A stretch of DNA of 32,000 nucleotides from an uncultured bacterium (GTDB taxonomy: Bacteria > Oederibacteriota > JAAXVQ01 > JAUVAV01), in contig CAZVUO010000001.1 in NCBI GenBank assembly GCA_964630235.1, positions 1,026,506-1,058,505 of the forward strand, written 5' to 3'. Position 1 is the stretch's first letter. Each line of letters starts with the position of its first letter. Positions 11,472 through 18,567 of the stretch are shown one piece after another. The translations under genes and the position numbers were made by a program. The notes beneath the pieces are model-generated. The model was given only the letters and a program-made list of their open reading frames with translations. It did no database searches and had not been told where the DNA came from.

Positions 11472-11664
11472 TACTATCCCCTTGCCCCGCGACAAGCGGG
11501 GAGAGGGTGGGGGTGAGGGGAACAACTGAGCAGTTATCGTGGGACCGCCGCGCATCCGCACAAATCTCCTTCTCGTCCCAACCTGCACATTTTACTGGTT
11601 ATAGGTGGAAATTGAGGGGGAGGGGAGTATAATGCCGGTTGAAAGCGTTAAAAAGGAGGGATTA

Positions 11665-12576
11665 ATGCCTGTTCCTGACTTTCAATCCTTTTTCAAACCG
11701 TTACTTGAATTAGCTGCCGACGGAAACGAACATTCTATCCAGGAAGCCAGAGAAAAAATCGCGAAGAACATGTCCCTTGATAAAGAGGCTTTAGCCGAGC
11801 TTTTACCGAGTGGTACTCAAAATAAATTTGATAACCGCGTAGCCTGGGCAAAGAGTTATTTTGTCCAGGCAAAGGTTTTGGAACCTACTCGCCGTGGTTG
11901 TTTTCGCATAACCAATAGAGGTCGTGAATTATTGGGACAAGGGCACAAGCGCATTGATGTTAAGGTGTTAGGACAATATCCTGAGTTTATTGAATTTCAC
12001 ACTGCTGGGCGGAGTTCTGCCTCGCAACCTGCAATCGTACCCGACGAAAAACAAGCCGAAACACCAGAAGAAATACTGCAAAAAGCCTATCAAAGTATTC
12101 GGGGCGAATTGGCAAGTGATATCTTGAACCGGATCAAGTCAAACACCCCCACATTTTTCGAAAATTTAGTCGTTGATTTAATGGTGGCGATGGGCTACGG
12201 CGGCTCGCGTGCTGATGCTGGGAATGCGATTGGCCGAGCTGGTGATGAAGGCATAGATGGTATCATTAAAGAGGACAAACTTGGGCTCGATACCATTTAC
12301 CTACAAGCGAAAAGATGGGATGGGTCCGTCGGCAGACCGGAAATTCATAAATTCGTAGGTGCTCTTGAAGGCAAGCGAGCTAAAAAGGGTGTGTTCATCA
12401 CAACAGGGAAATTCACGGATGAAGCCGTAAAATATGTAGGCAACATTAATCCAAAAGTGATCCTTATTGATGGCCGCGAGCTTGCCAATCTGATGATTGA
12501 TCATGACCTCGGGATTACAGTCACGGCAAAATATGAGATTAAGAGGATAGATTCGGATTATTTTGGGGAAGAATAA
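11665..12576 (+). CDS. mrr: Mrr-family type IV (modification-dependent) restriction endonuclease
   Basis: N-terminal Mrr_N-type winged helix (PDFQSFFKPLLELAADG...RVAWAKSYFVQAKVLE). C-terminal PD-(D/E)xK core (GDEGIDGIIKEDKLGLDTIYLQAKRW). The ATG at 11665 lies 5 nt after AGGAGG. In-frame ATG 11632 and GTG 11605 are also possible starts. Confidence 0.9.
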   Translation: MPVPDFQSFFKPLLELAADGNEHSIQEAREKIAKNMSLDKEALAELLPSGTQNKFDNRVAWAKSYFVQAKVLEPTRRGCFRITNRGRELLGQGHKRIDVKVLGQYPEFIEFHTAGRSSASQPAIVPDEKQAETPEEILQKAYQSIRGELASDILNRIKSNTPTFFENLVVDLMVAMGYGGSRADAGNAIGRAGDEGIDGIIKEDKLGLDTIYLQAKRWDGSVGRPEIHKFVGALEGKRAKKGVFITTGKFTDEAVKYVGNINPKVILIDGRELANLMIDHDLGITVTAKYEIKRIDSDYFGEE

Positions 12577-12663
12577 AGAGGAAATGGAGACCCCTCACTA
12601 ATTAATGAGCTAAAATCGGATTAATTTAGGTGTATCCTCGGGTTTCAATTTGTGAGGTGCAAA

Positions 12664-14358
12664 ATGAAAATAGATTCTCGTGATCGATGTATCAAGGATT
12701 TATTTCAATCAGGTTATTATAAAATACCTAGATTTCAAAGACCTTATTCTTGGGATAAAGAGAATATAATAGAATTTTGGACGGATGTTTTTATTGAAAG
12801 TGAAAAAGAATATTTTATTGGTTCGATGGTTGTATATAAAGAACGAGAATACTATGGAATAGTTGATGGACAACAGCGCCTAACAACAATAACAATGATT
12901 CTATGCGCGTTACGTAACTGTTTTAGACAAGAAGGTTACAAGGATATGGCAGATGGGATACATGCATTAATTGAAAGATCAAATATAGATAATAAGCCAC
13001 AATTTGTTTTATCGACGGAGACTTCATATCCATATTTTCAGGAAAAAATACAAAAGTATGATAATACTACATTTCACGAAAAACCAAGTGAAGAAGAAAT
13101 GAATTTATTTAATACATTTGAATTTATAAATATGTCTATTAACCAAGCGGTTGAAAATATTAAAAATGATAACAGTTTATCGGATGAGAAAAAACCAGGA
13201 GAAATCAGAAACAAATTAATAAATATGCGTGAAAATATATTGGGATTGAAACTTATATTAATAGAATTAGATAATGAAGATGATGCATATGTAATATTTG
13301 AAACCTTAAATACACGAGGTAAAGATTTAGGAGTAGGTGATTTAGTTAAGAACCATCTGGCAAAACAAATTAAACCCAAAACAGCTAATGTAGACACTCT
13401 TAAACATCAATGGGAAAAAATAATTAAAACCCTTGATGAATCACCAGCTGACTTAAATATCGATACATTTTTATTACACTATTGGTTGTCAAAACATGAC
13501 TACACTACTGAGAAAAAATTATATAGAGAAATAAGGAAAATAGTAGTAAAGGATAATGCTCAACCATTTTTAGATGAGATATCTAAGGATGCCATAACCT
13601 ATCGGGAAATAAACGAAACCAGTTATAGGAGATGGAGAATAGACCAAATAGAAATTAGGAAATCACTAGATGCCCTTTCGATATTCAAAGTTAAGCAACA
13701 GATGCCTTTGGTACTGGCAATTATGAGAGATTATCAAAATGGTGATATTAAGAAGAAACATGTTGAAAGATTATTGACAATTATTGAGAAATTCCATTTT
13801 AAATTTACAGCTATCACATCGCAAAGATCATCTGGCGGAATATCTCAAATGTATGCTATTGCCTCAAAAAAGATCAGTAATACAAAAAATATCGATCAAA
13901 AGCTTGCTGCTGTGGAAGAATTAGAGGCAAAAATAAGTGAAAAGAGTCCCACTGAGGAAGAATTTATGCTTGGATTTAAAGGTATTATATGTACTGACAA
14001 ATATATTAAACAAAAAAGACTAGTGAGATATATATTAGAAAAAGTACATTCTAATTATTATAAAGACCACGCGCCAGTTAATTATGACGAAATGACAATT
14101 GAACATATTTTACCTCAGGCAAATATAGGGTTGAAATATGATTTGAACGAAAAGGTTGTTGGACAAATCGGGAATTTGTTATTTGTGCCGCAGGATATTA
14201 ACGATGAACTCAAGAATAAAAAATATGAAGATAAATTAAAAATATTAAAAAAACATAGGTATCCATTAGATGAACGTCTTAAAAAGGAGAAAGAGTGGGA
14301 TGCTTCAACAATCAATCGTAGAACATCATTCCTATCAAAAATATTATATAACAATTAA
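12664..14358 (+). CDS. DUF262/DUF1524 (GmrSD-like) nuclease
   Basis: N-terminal DUF262 motif VDGQQRLTTI. C-terminal His-Me/DUF1524 motifs MTIEHILPQ and IGNLLFVPQDINDELKNKKY. The ATG at 12664 lies 4 nt after GAGGTG. The gene is very AT-rich compared with its neighbours. Confidence 0.88.
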   Translation: MKIDSRDRCIKDLFQSGYYKIPRFQRPYSWDKENIIEFWTDVFIESEKEYFIGSMVVYKEREYYGIVDGQQRLTTITMILCALRNCFRQEGYKDMADGIHALIERSNIDNKPQFVLSTETSYPYFQEKIQKYDNTTFHEKPSEEEMNLFNTFEFINMSINQAVENIKNDNSLSDEKKPGEIRNKLINMRENILGLKLILIELDNEDDAYVIFETLNTRGKDLGVGDLVKNHLAKQIKPKTANVDTLKHQWEKIIKTLDESPADLNIDTFLLHYWLSKHDYTTEKKLYREIRKIVVKDNAQPFLDEISKDAITYREINETSYRRWRIDQIEIRKSLDALSIFKVKQQMPLVLAIMRDYQNGDIKKKHVERLLTIIEKFHFKFTAITSQRSSGGISQMYAIASKKISNTKNIDQKLAAVEELEAKISEKSPTEEEFMLGFKGIICTDKYIKQKRLVRYILEKVHSNYYKDHAPVNYDEMTIEHILPQANIGLKYDLNEKVVGQIGNLLFVPQDINDELKNKKYEDKLKILKKHRYPLDERLKKEKEWDASTINRRTSFLSKILYNN

Positions 14359-14360
14359 TG

Positions 14361-14391
14361 GAATGGTGCCGGAGTTGGTTTGTTAGTTTAA
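14361..14391 (+). repeat. Junction motif copy a
   Basis: gaatggtgccggagttggtttgttagtttaa, starting 3 nt after the GmrSD-like stop. Followed by TAATAA and, 50 nt later, DUF1801 fragment 1. Confidence 0.85.
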
Positions 14392-14441
14392 TAATCCTCC
14401 CCCTTCACCCTTCGACTGGCTAAGGGCGCCATCGGAGCACC

Positions 14442-14621
14442 ATGAATCAACCTCAGTCCTCTCCCTCCTCCTTGATCACCCGCCGCATTGCGGAACTGGG
14501 CGACTGGCGCGGACAGGTCCTGAGCCGGGTGCGGGCGCTAATCAAACAAGCTGATCCTGAGGTAATCGAAGAATGGAAGTGGAGGGGGGTTCCGGTGTGG
14601 TCCCACAATGGGAGCGTCTGA
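14442..14621 (+). pseudogene. Truncated DUF1801 (YdhG-like) gene, copy 1
   Basis: 59 codons: MNQPQSSPSSLITRRIAELGDWRGQVLSRVRALIKQADPEVIEEWKWRGVPVWSHNGSV. From memory, full-length family members continue for about 60+ more residues. The reading frame is closed by the TGA of the motif b prefix. Confidence 0.6.
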
Positions 14622-14650
14622 ATGGTGCCGGAGTTAGTTTGTTAGTTTAA
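14620..14650 (+). repeat. Junction motif copy b
   Basis: gaatggtgccggagttagtttgttagtttaa. Truncates DUF1801 copy 1 and begins composite X1. Confidence 0.85.
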
Positions 14651-14889
14651 GCGGCGATACATTTTCCTTCCCCCGCCCTCGCCCCAAGCCCTGCAACCTA
14701 CGCAGGGCAGAGCAGCTGAACAGCGGAGCAGGCGAGCAGGTGAAGAAAGATCACCACCCGCCCCCGCCAGCCATTTAAATCCAGATCGCCGCGTCCCTCT
14801 GGTCCTCGCAATGACTAATAAATATAAATCCCCTGGATTCCGGCTTAAGACATGCCGGAATGACGGCGGAGTGTGAATGGGGACGGAGT
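14624..14889 (+). repeat. 266-nt palindrome composite X1
   Basis: About 262/266 identical to 18302-18567 by eye. Made of the junction motif, an inverted copy of the tandem-unit segment (ccctcgccccaagccctgcaacctacgcagggcagagc...), REP-B (14782-14816), REP-A (14834-14865) and a terminal tgaatggggacggagt. Confidence 0.85.
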
Positions 14890-15491
14890 GGAGTTACCCC
14901 ACTTTTGTAGACACAAGAGAAGGGCAATTCAACTCATACTGTGCGGGGCTCAAATACCCCAGCGTTGAGTGCATTCTCCTGCGATTGTAAAACACTTCGA
15001 TGTATTCAAACAACTGCGCTTTTGCTTCTTCTCTGGAACCGAACCGAGCGTCGTTCTGCAACTCGGTTTTGAGCGTCTTGAAAAAGCTCTCCACGACCGC
15101 GTTGTCCCAGCAATTGCCTTTGCGGCTCATGCTGATTTGAATGTTGTACTCCTTCGCCTTGGCCTGAAAAAGGTGGCTCCGATACTGGCTCCCTTGATCC
15201 GAATGGTGGATTAAAGAGCCCTCTGGCTGCCGACTCAATATCGCCATCTCTAATGCATCCAGCACAAGGCGTTCGGTCATTTGGCCGTGCATCGACCAGC
15301 CTACGATCCTTCTCGAAAACAGGTCCATTACAATCGCCAGATGGACCCAACCCGAACCCGTCCAAAAAGCGGTCATGTCGGCCGCCCACACTTGGTTCGG
15401 TTCGGGAACGCTGAATTGCCTTTGAACCAAGTTGTTCGCTGCCGTCGCCGTCTTGAAGGCGCTTTTCCAACGCATCCGGCGGTGTGTGAAA
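14889..15491 (-). mobile_element. IS3-family insertion sequence remnant (right end plus 3' part of orfB)
   Basis: The terminal TGGAGTTACCCCACTTTTGTAGACAC at 14889 resembles IS3-family IRs (TG...CCCC...GACAC, from memory). The left part, including orfA and the 5' part of orfB, is missing and replaced at 15492 by junction motif c. Confidence 0.8.
14894..15475 (-). pseudogene. IS3-family transposase OrfB, C-terminal DDE (rve) portion
   Basis: Contains VWAADMTAF, LIHHSDQGSQY and CWDNAVVESFFKTLKTE (the DDE triad context). Only 193 aa remain, with no HTH region or orfA. Confidence 0.85.
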
Positions 15492-15518
15492 GGTGCCGGA
15501 GTTAGTTTATTAGTTTAA
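15492..15518 (+). repeat. Junction motif copy c
   Basis: ggtgccggagttagtttattagtttaa. Cuts the IS3 transposase. Followed by TAATAA and, 51 nt later, DUF1801 fragment 2. Confidence 0.85.
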
Positions 15519-15569
15519 TAAATATCCCCTCTGCCACATCAGCCCACTTAAGGCGATATCAGGGGTACT

Positions 15570-15674
15570 ATGAAACAACCAGTGGTTTCTCCCTCCGCCT
15601 TGATCACCCGCCGCATCGCTGAACTTGGAGACTGGCGCGGCCAAGTCTGCTTGGGGACGTTCTTAAAAGATTAA
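15570..15674 (+). pseudogene. Truncated DUF1801 gene, copy 2
   Basis: MKQPVVSPSALITRRIAELGDWRGQV, after which homology ends at about 15648. There a second junction-type sequence begins (ttggggacgttcttaaaagattaaatc), which recurs at 16069-16098. Confidence 0.5.
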
Positions 15675-15692
15675 ATCAGGTCCTCTTACTTT

Positions 15693-15809
15693 GAACCCGC
15701 CAGTGCCAGCAAGCAAAACCTAGATTGCCGCGACCTTGTGGTCCTCGCAATGACTGCTTTGGATTTCGCCCTTCGACAGGCTCAGGGCACTACCTACTCA
15801 AGACGTCCT
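15693..15809 (+). repeat. REP-B composite copy
   Basis: gaacccgccagtgccagc...tagattgccgcg...ctcgcaatgactgctttggatttcgcccttcgacaggctcagggcactacctactcaagacgtcc. The last ~65 nt appear identical to 17750-17814. Confidence 0.75.
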
Positions 15810-15891
15810 CACCCTCTCTCTCGCCCTCTCTCCTCGAGGGAGAGGGGAATGCCTAGGTGAGGATCAAGGTAATGTCCGCAGGAGGTTCAGC

Positions 15892-15922
15892 GAATGGTGA
15901 CGGAGTTAGTTTATTAGTTTAA
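15892..15922 (+). repeat. Junction motif copy d
   Basis: gaatggtgacggagttagtttattagtttaa followed by taaag and then, immediately, copy e. Confidence 0.85.
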
Positions 15923-15927
15923 TAAAG

Positions 15928-16064
15928 GAATGGTGCCGGTGTTAGTTTATTAGTTTAAGCTTCCGAACCCGCCAGCGCCAGCAGGTAAAACCCAGATTGC
16001 CGCGTCCCTTTTTGGCCTAGCAATGACTGCTTTGGTTTTCGGCCTTCGATAGGCTCGGGGCGCT
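15928..16064 (+). repeat. Junction motif copy e (15928-15958) plus REP-B composite
   Basis: The first ~80 nt appear identical to 17660-17740 (gaatggtgccggtgttagtttattagtttaagcttccgaacccgccagcgccagcaggtaaaacccagattgccgcgtccct). Confidence 0.85.
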
Positions 16065-16246
16065 ATCTGCTAGGGACGTTCTTAAAAGAGTGAATCTGCT
16101 CTTGCCCTTTTCCCCGTTCAGGTTGCCTAAAAAAGCTATCAATGTTTTGGTGCGGACCACTAATGAGGAGGGTGTCAACAAAGTGTCCTCGAAATTGTGG
16201 AATATTAACAGCATGGTGATAATAAAGAAAATAAATAATTCTAATT

Positions 16247-16495
16247 TTACTTAATAATTGCCGCTCTGATAGTACTATAGTATGCTCCGTTAATAAATAT
16301 TCTACAAATGTAAATACCAGAAGCCATGTTTCTACAATTCCAAGTTAAGATCTCACCAGCACTAAGTTGTTGATGGAGATCAGCTACTTTTTCACCGACT
16401 GAATTATAGATTCTTAGCTGGACTTCTACGTTTTTATCCAAATCCAAAGCAAAGTTAATAACAACTGCAGCTGGGTTCGGATAAATGTGAACCGG
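16247..16495 (-). pseudogene. Fragment encoding a T9SS-type C-terminal sorting domain
   Basis: From ORF 16247..16543. HIYPNPAAVVINFALDLDKNVEVQLRIYNSVGEKVADL...SGIYICRIFINGAYYSTIRAAIIK fits the Por secretion-tail pattern. There is no upstream protein body, and the 5' side runs into a REP-B element (16520-16600). Confidence 0.55.
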
Positions 16496-16763
16496 GACGT
16501 AGATAAGTATATAAGTATATATGAACCCGCCGGTACCAGCCATTTAACCCAGATTGCCGCGTCGCCCGCTTTACAAATTCGGGGATCCTCGCAATGACTA
16601 ATAAGCGCACATTCCCTGGATTCCGGCTTAATACGCGTCGGAATGACGGACATATGAATTAATAGTCCTGCCCCATATTATACAAATGGAATAAGCCGGA
16701 ATCCGGTCAAATAAATCAGCATTAACATTCAACCCAAGCATAATTTAGGGTGGGGTGGTCTTC

Positions 16764-16802
16764 TTGACAAATTGTACAATAAGAAGTACAATAAATTGTA
16801 CA
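16764..16802 (+). promoter_or_regulatory. Sigma70-type promoter with palindromic operator for the TA operon
   Basis: TTGACA (16764-16769), a 17-nt spacer and TACAAT (16787-16792). The TTGTACAA palindrome at 16772-16779 and TTGTACA at 16796-16802 overlap the promoter. Confidence 0.7.
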
Positions 16803-16838
16803 GAAGGCGAGCATGGGGTAAAAGGGGGAATAAGTGCC

Positions 16839-17105
16839 ATGACCACATTAGCGATATCCGAAGCCCGCAAGGAGCTTAACCATCTGCCGAAACGGTTGGA
16901 AAGGGAACACGAAGCCATTGGGATCACCCAGAACGGCAAACCCGTGATGGCGATTATGGATTGGGATTTCTACGAGACGATTATGGAGTCCTTGGAAGTA
17001 TTAGGAGATGATACGCTGCTGGCTAAAGTGAAAAAGGGGCTTCAAGAGATCAACACCGGCAAGGGTATTAGTTGGGAAACGGCGAAAAAGGCGCTTAATC
17101 TTTGA
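16839..17105 (+). CDS. Phd/YefM-family type II antitoxin
   Basis: MTTLAISEARKELNHLPKRLEREHEAIGITQNGKPVMAIMDWDFYETIMESLE. An RBS (aaaggggg) lies upstream. The stop overlaps the toxin TTG start (TTGA). Confidence 0.85.
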   Translation: MTTLAISEARKELNHLPKRLEREHEAIGITQNGKPVMAIMDWDFYETIMESLEVLGDDTLLAKVKKGLQEINTGKGISWETAKKALNL

Positions 17106-17419
17106 AATACAAGGTCATCATTGCTCCTTCTGCCCTGGAAATGCTCAAACGCGTCGAAGACCGGCGCGTTCGCGAGATATTGATCCGAAGCATTGATGAC
17201 TTGGCCATAGAGCCGGGGAAGAAGGGCAAACCCCTTATGGGTTCTCTGGAAGGTTTACGAAGTATTAGAGCAGTGGGCCAGCGATACCGGATTATTTACC
17301 AAATCAAAGATGATACTGTGGAAGTTATTATAATCGCAGTAGGATTAAGAAAAGAAGGCGATTCAAAGGATATTTATAACCTGATTAAAAAGATGGTTAA
17401 ACACAATCTGTTAGGTTAG
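17102..17419 (+). CDS. RelE/ParE-family type II toxin
   Basis: 105 aa. YRIIYQIKDDTVEVIIIAVGLRKEGDSKDIY is typical of RelE/ParE toxins. Translationally coupled to the antitoxin. Confidence 0.85.
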   Translation: MKYKVIIAPSALEMLKRVEDRRVREILIRSIDDLAIEPGKKGKPLMGSLEGLRSIRAVGQRYRIIYQIKDDTVEVIIIAVGLRKEGDSKDIYNLIKKMVKHNLLG

Positions 17420-17444
17420 CAGACGCTTGGCGTAATGAGCGTAT

Positions 17445-17473
17445 TGGGGACGGAGTTAGTTTGTTCGTTTTAA
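17445..17473 (+). repeat. Junction motif copy f (GGGGACGG variant)
   Basis: tggggacggagttagtttgttcgttttaa, 26 nt after the toxin stop. The 17-mer cgtattggggacggagt (17440-17456) recurs inverted at 18832-18848. Confidence 0.8.
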
Positions 17474-17498
17474 TTTCTCTCGCCAAGTTCCCGCTGCC

Positions 17499-17658
17499 CT
17501 ACTTTCCCACCTCCACCTCCACTGGCAAAGCCTCTGCTTTTACCTCTTCCACGATCTTGCACATGACCGGACCCTGGTGATAGGACGCGTGGAGCGTGTA
17601 GCGTCCTGGCCCGCTGAAGAAGACGACCATAAAGCCTCTCAGCATTTCCTTATCCTTA
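17499..17658 (-). pseudogene. 3'-terminal fragment (last 52 codons plus stop) of a homologue of gene 20229..20978
   Basis: 160 nt aligns without gaps to 20229-20388 with 13 differences. Encodes KDKEMLRGFMVVFFSGPGRYTLHASYHQGPVMCKIVEEVKAEALPVEVEVGK*. Cut at 17658/17659 by the prefix of junction motif g. Confidence 0.85.
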
Positions 17659-17659
17659 T

Positions 17660-17814
17660 GAATGGTGCCGGTGTTAGTTTATTAGTTTAAGCTTCCGAAC
17701 CCGCCAGCGCCAGCAGGTAAAACCCAGATTGCCGCGTCCCTCTGGTCCTCGCAATGACTGCTTTGGATTTCGCCCTTCGACAGGCTCAGGGCACTACCTA
17801 CTCAAGACGTCCGC
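17660..17814 (+). repeat. Junction motif copy g (17660-17690) plus REP-B composite
   Basis: See 15928-16064 and 15693-15809 for the matching copies. Confidence 0.85.
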
Positions 17815-17869
17815 GCCCTCTCCCTCGCGCGAATATAAGGAAAAACAATAAACGTGTTTACTCTGACTT

Positions 17870-18289
17870 CTATAGGATGGGAACATACGTGCTCCAGATC
17901 TCAATAATTATCTGGCATTGAAGGCATCTCAAATAAATGGAACCGCTGCTCGGAGGTGCACACTGCTCAAATACCACATCTGAATCAACAGACACGTGCT
18001 TGCTGCCGCATTTATCACATTGAATGGTAAATTGATTCACGTTATTTATAGGAGGATAGAATATATCAAGCTCGACTCTATTTTCGCATTCCGAGCAGAC
18101 AAAATATACCCCGCCCAAATATAAAGAAGCTCCAAACGAAAAGCCAAAGTCTGAATCGAAATAAACTTTATCAGTGTTACAGCATGCACAAGTTATTGTA
18201 AAGTCGGGATGAGTCATCTTTAAGAAATCGTCTTGCTCAGGTGGATAACTAATCATATTTAAATGCTCCAACATAAGATATCTCGACAT
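17870..18289 (-). CDS. Hypothetical protein with two tandem 4-Cys zinc-ribbon-like repeats
   Basis: Internal duplication: FTITCACCNTDKVYFDSDFGF...GGVYFVCSECENRVELDIF aligns with FTIQCDKCGSKHVSVDSDVVF...GSIYLRCLQCQIIIEIW (CxxC...CxxC twice). Only 12 nt separate the ATG from junction motif h and no SD is visible. It may be 5'-truncated or not expressed. Confidence 0.5.
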   Translation of the reverse strand: MSRYLMLEHLNMISYPPEQDDFLKMTHPDFTITCACCNTDKVYFDSDFGFSFGASLYLGGVYFVCSECENRVELDIFYPPINNVNQFTIQCDKCGSKHVSVDSDVVFEQCAPPSSGSIYLRCLQCQIIIEIWSTYVPIL

Positions 18290-18301
18290 TATACGTGAAA
18301 C

Positions 18302-18328
18302 GGTGCCGGAGTTAGTTTATTAGTTTAA
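18302..18328 (+). repeat. Junction motif copy h
   Basis: ggtgccggagttagtttattagtttaa. Begins composite X2. Confidence 0.85.
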
Positions 18329-18567
18329 GTGGCGACACCTTTTCCTTCCCCCGCCCTCGCCCCAAGCCCTGCAACCTACGCAGGGCAGAGCAGCTGAACA
18401 GCGGAGCAGGCGAGCAGGTGAAGAAAGATCACCACCCGCCCCCGCCAGCCATTTAAATCCAGATCGCCGCGTCCCTCTGGTCCTCGCAATGACTAATAAA
18501 TATAAATCCCCTGGATTCCGGCTTAAGACATGCCGGAATGACGGCGGAGTGTGAATGGGGACGGAGT
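18302..18567 (+). repeat. 266-nt palindrome composite X2
   Basis: Near-identical duplicate of 14624-14889. I saw 4 differences, all within the first ~40 nt. Confidence 0.85.

Noticed and set aside
16017-16653. Small ORFs 16017..16214(-) and 16426..16653(-), and the N-terminal 17 codons of 16247..16543(-).
   Set aside because: They run through REP-A/REP-B elements and AT-rich filler. There are no RBS or motif signals. Only the T9SS-tail-like part of 16247..16543 looks like former coding sequence.
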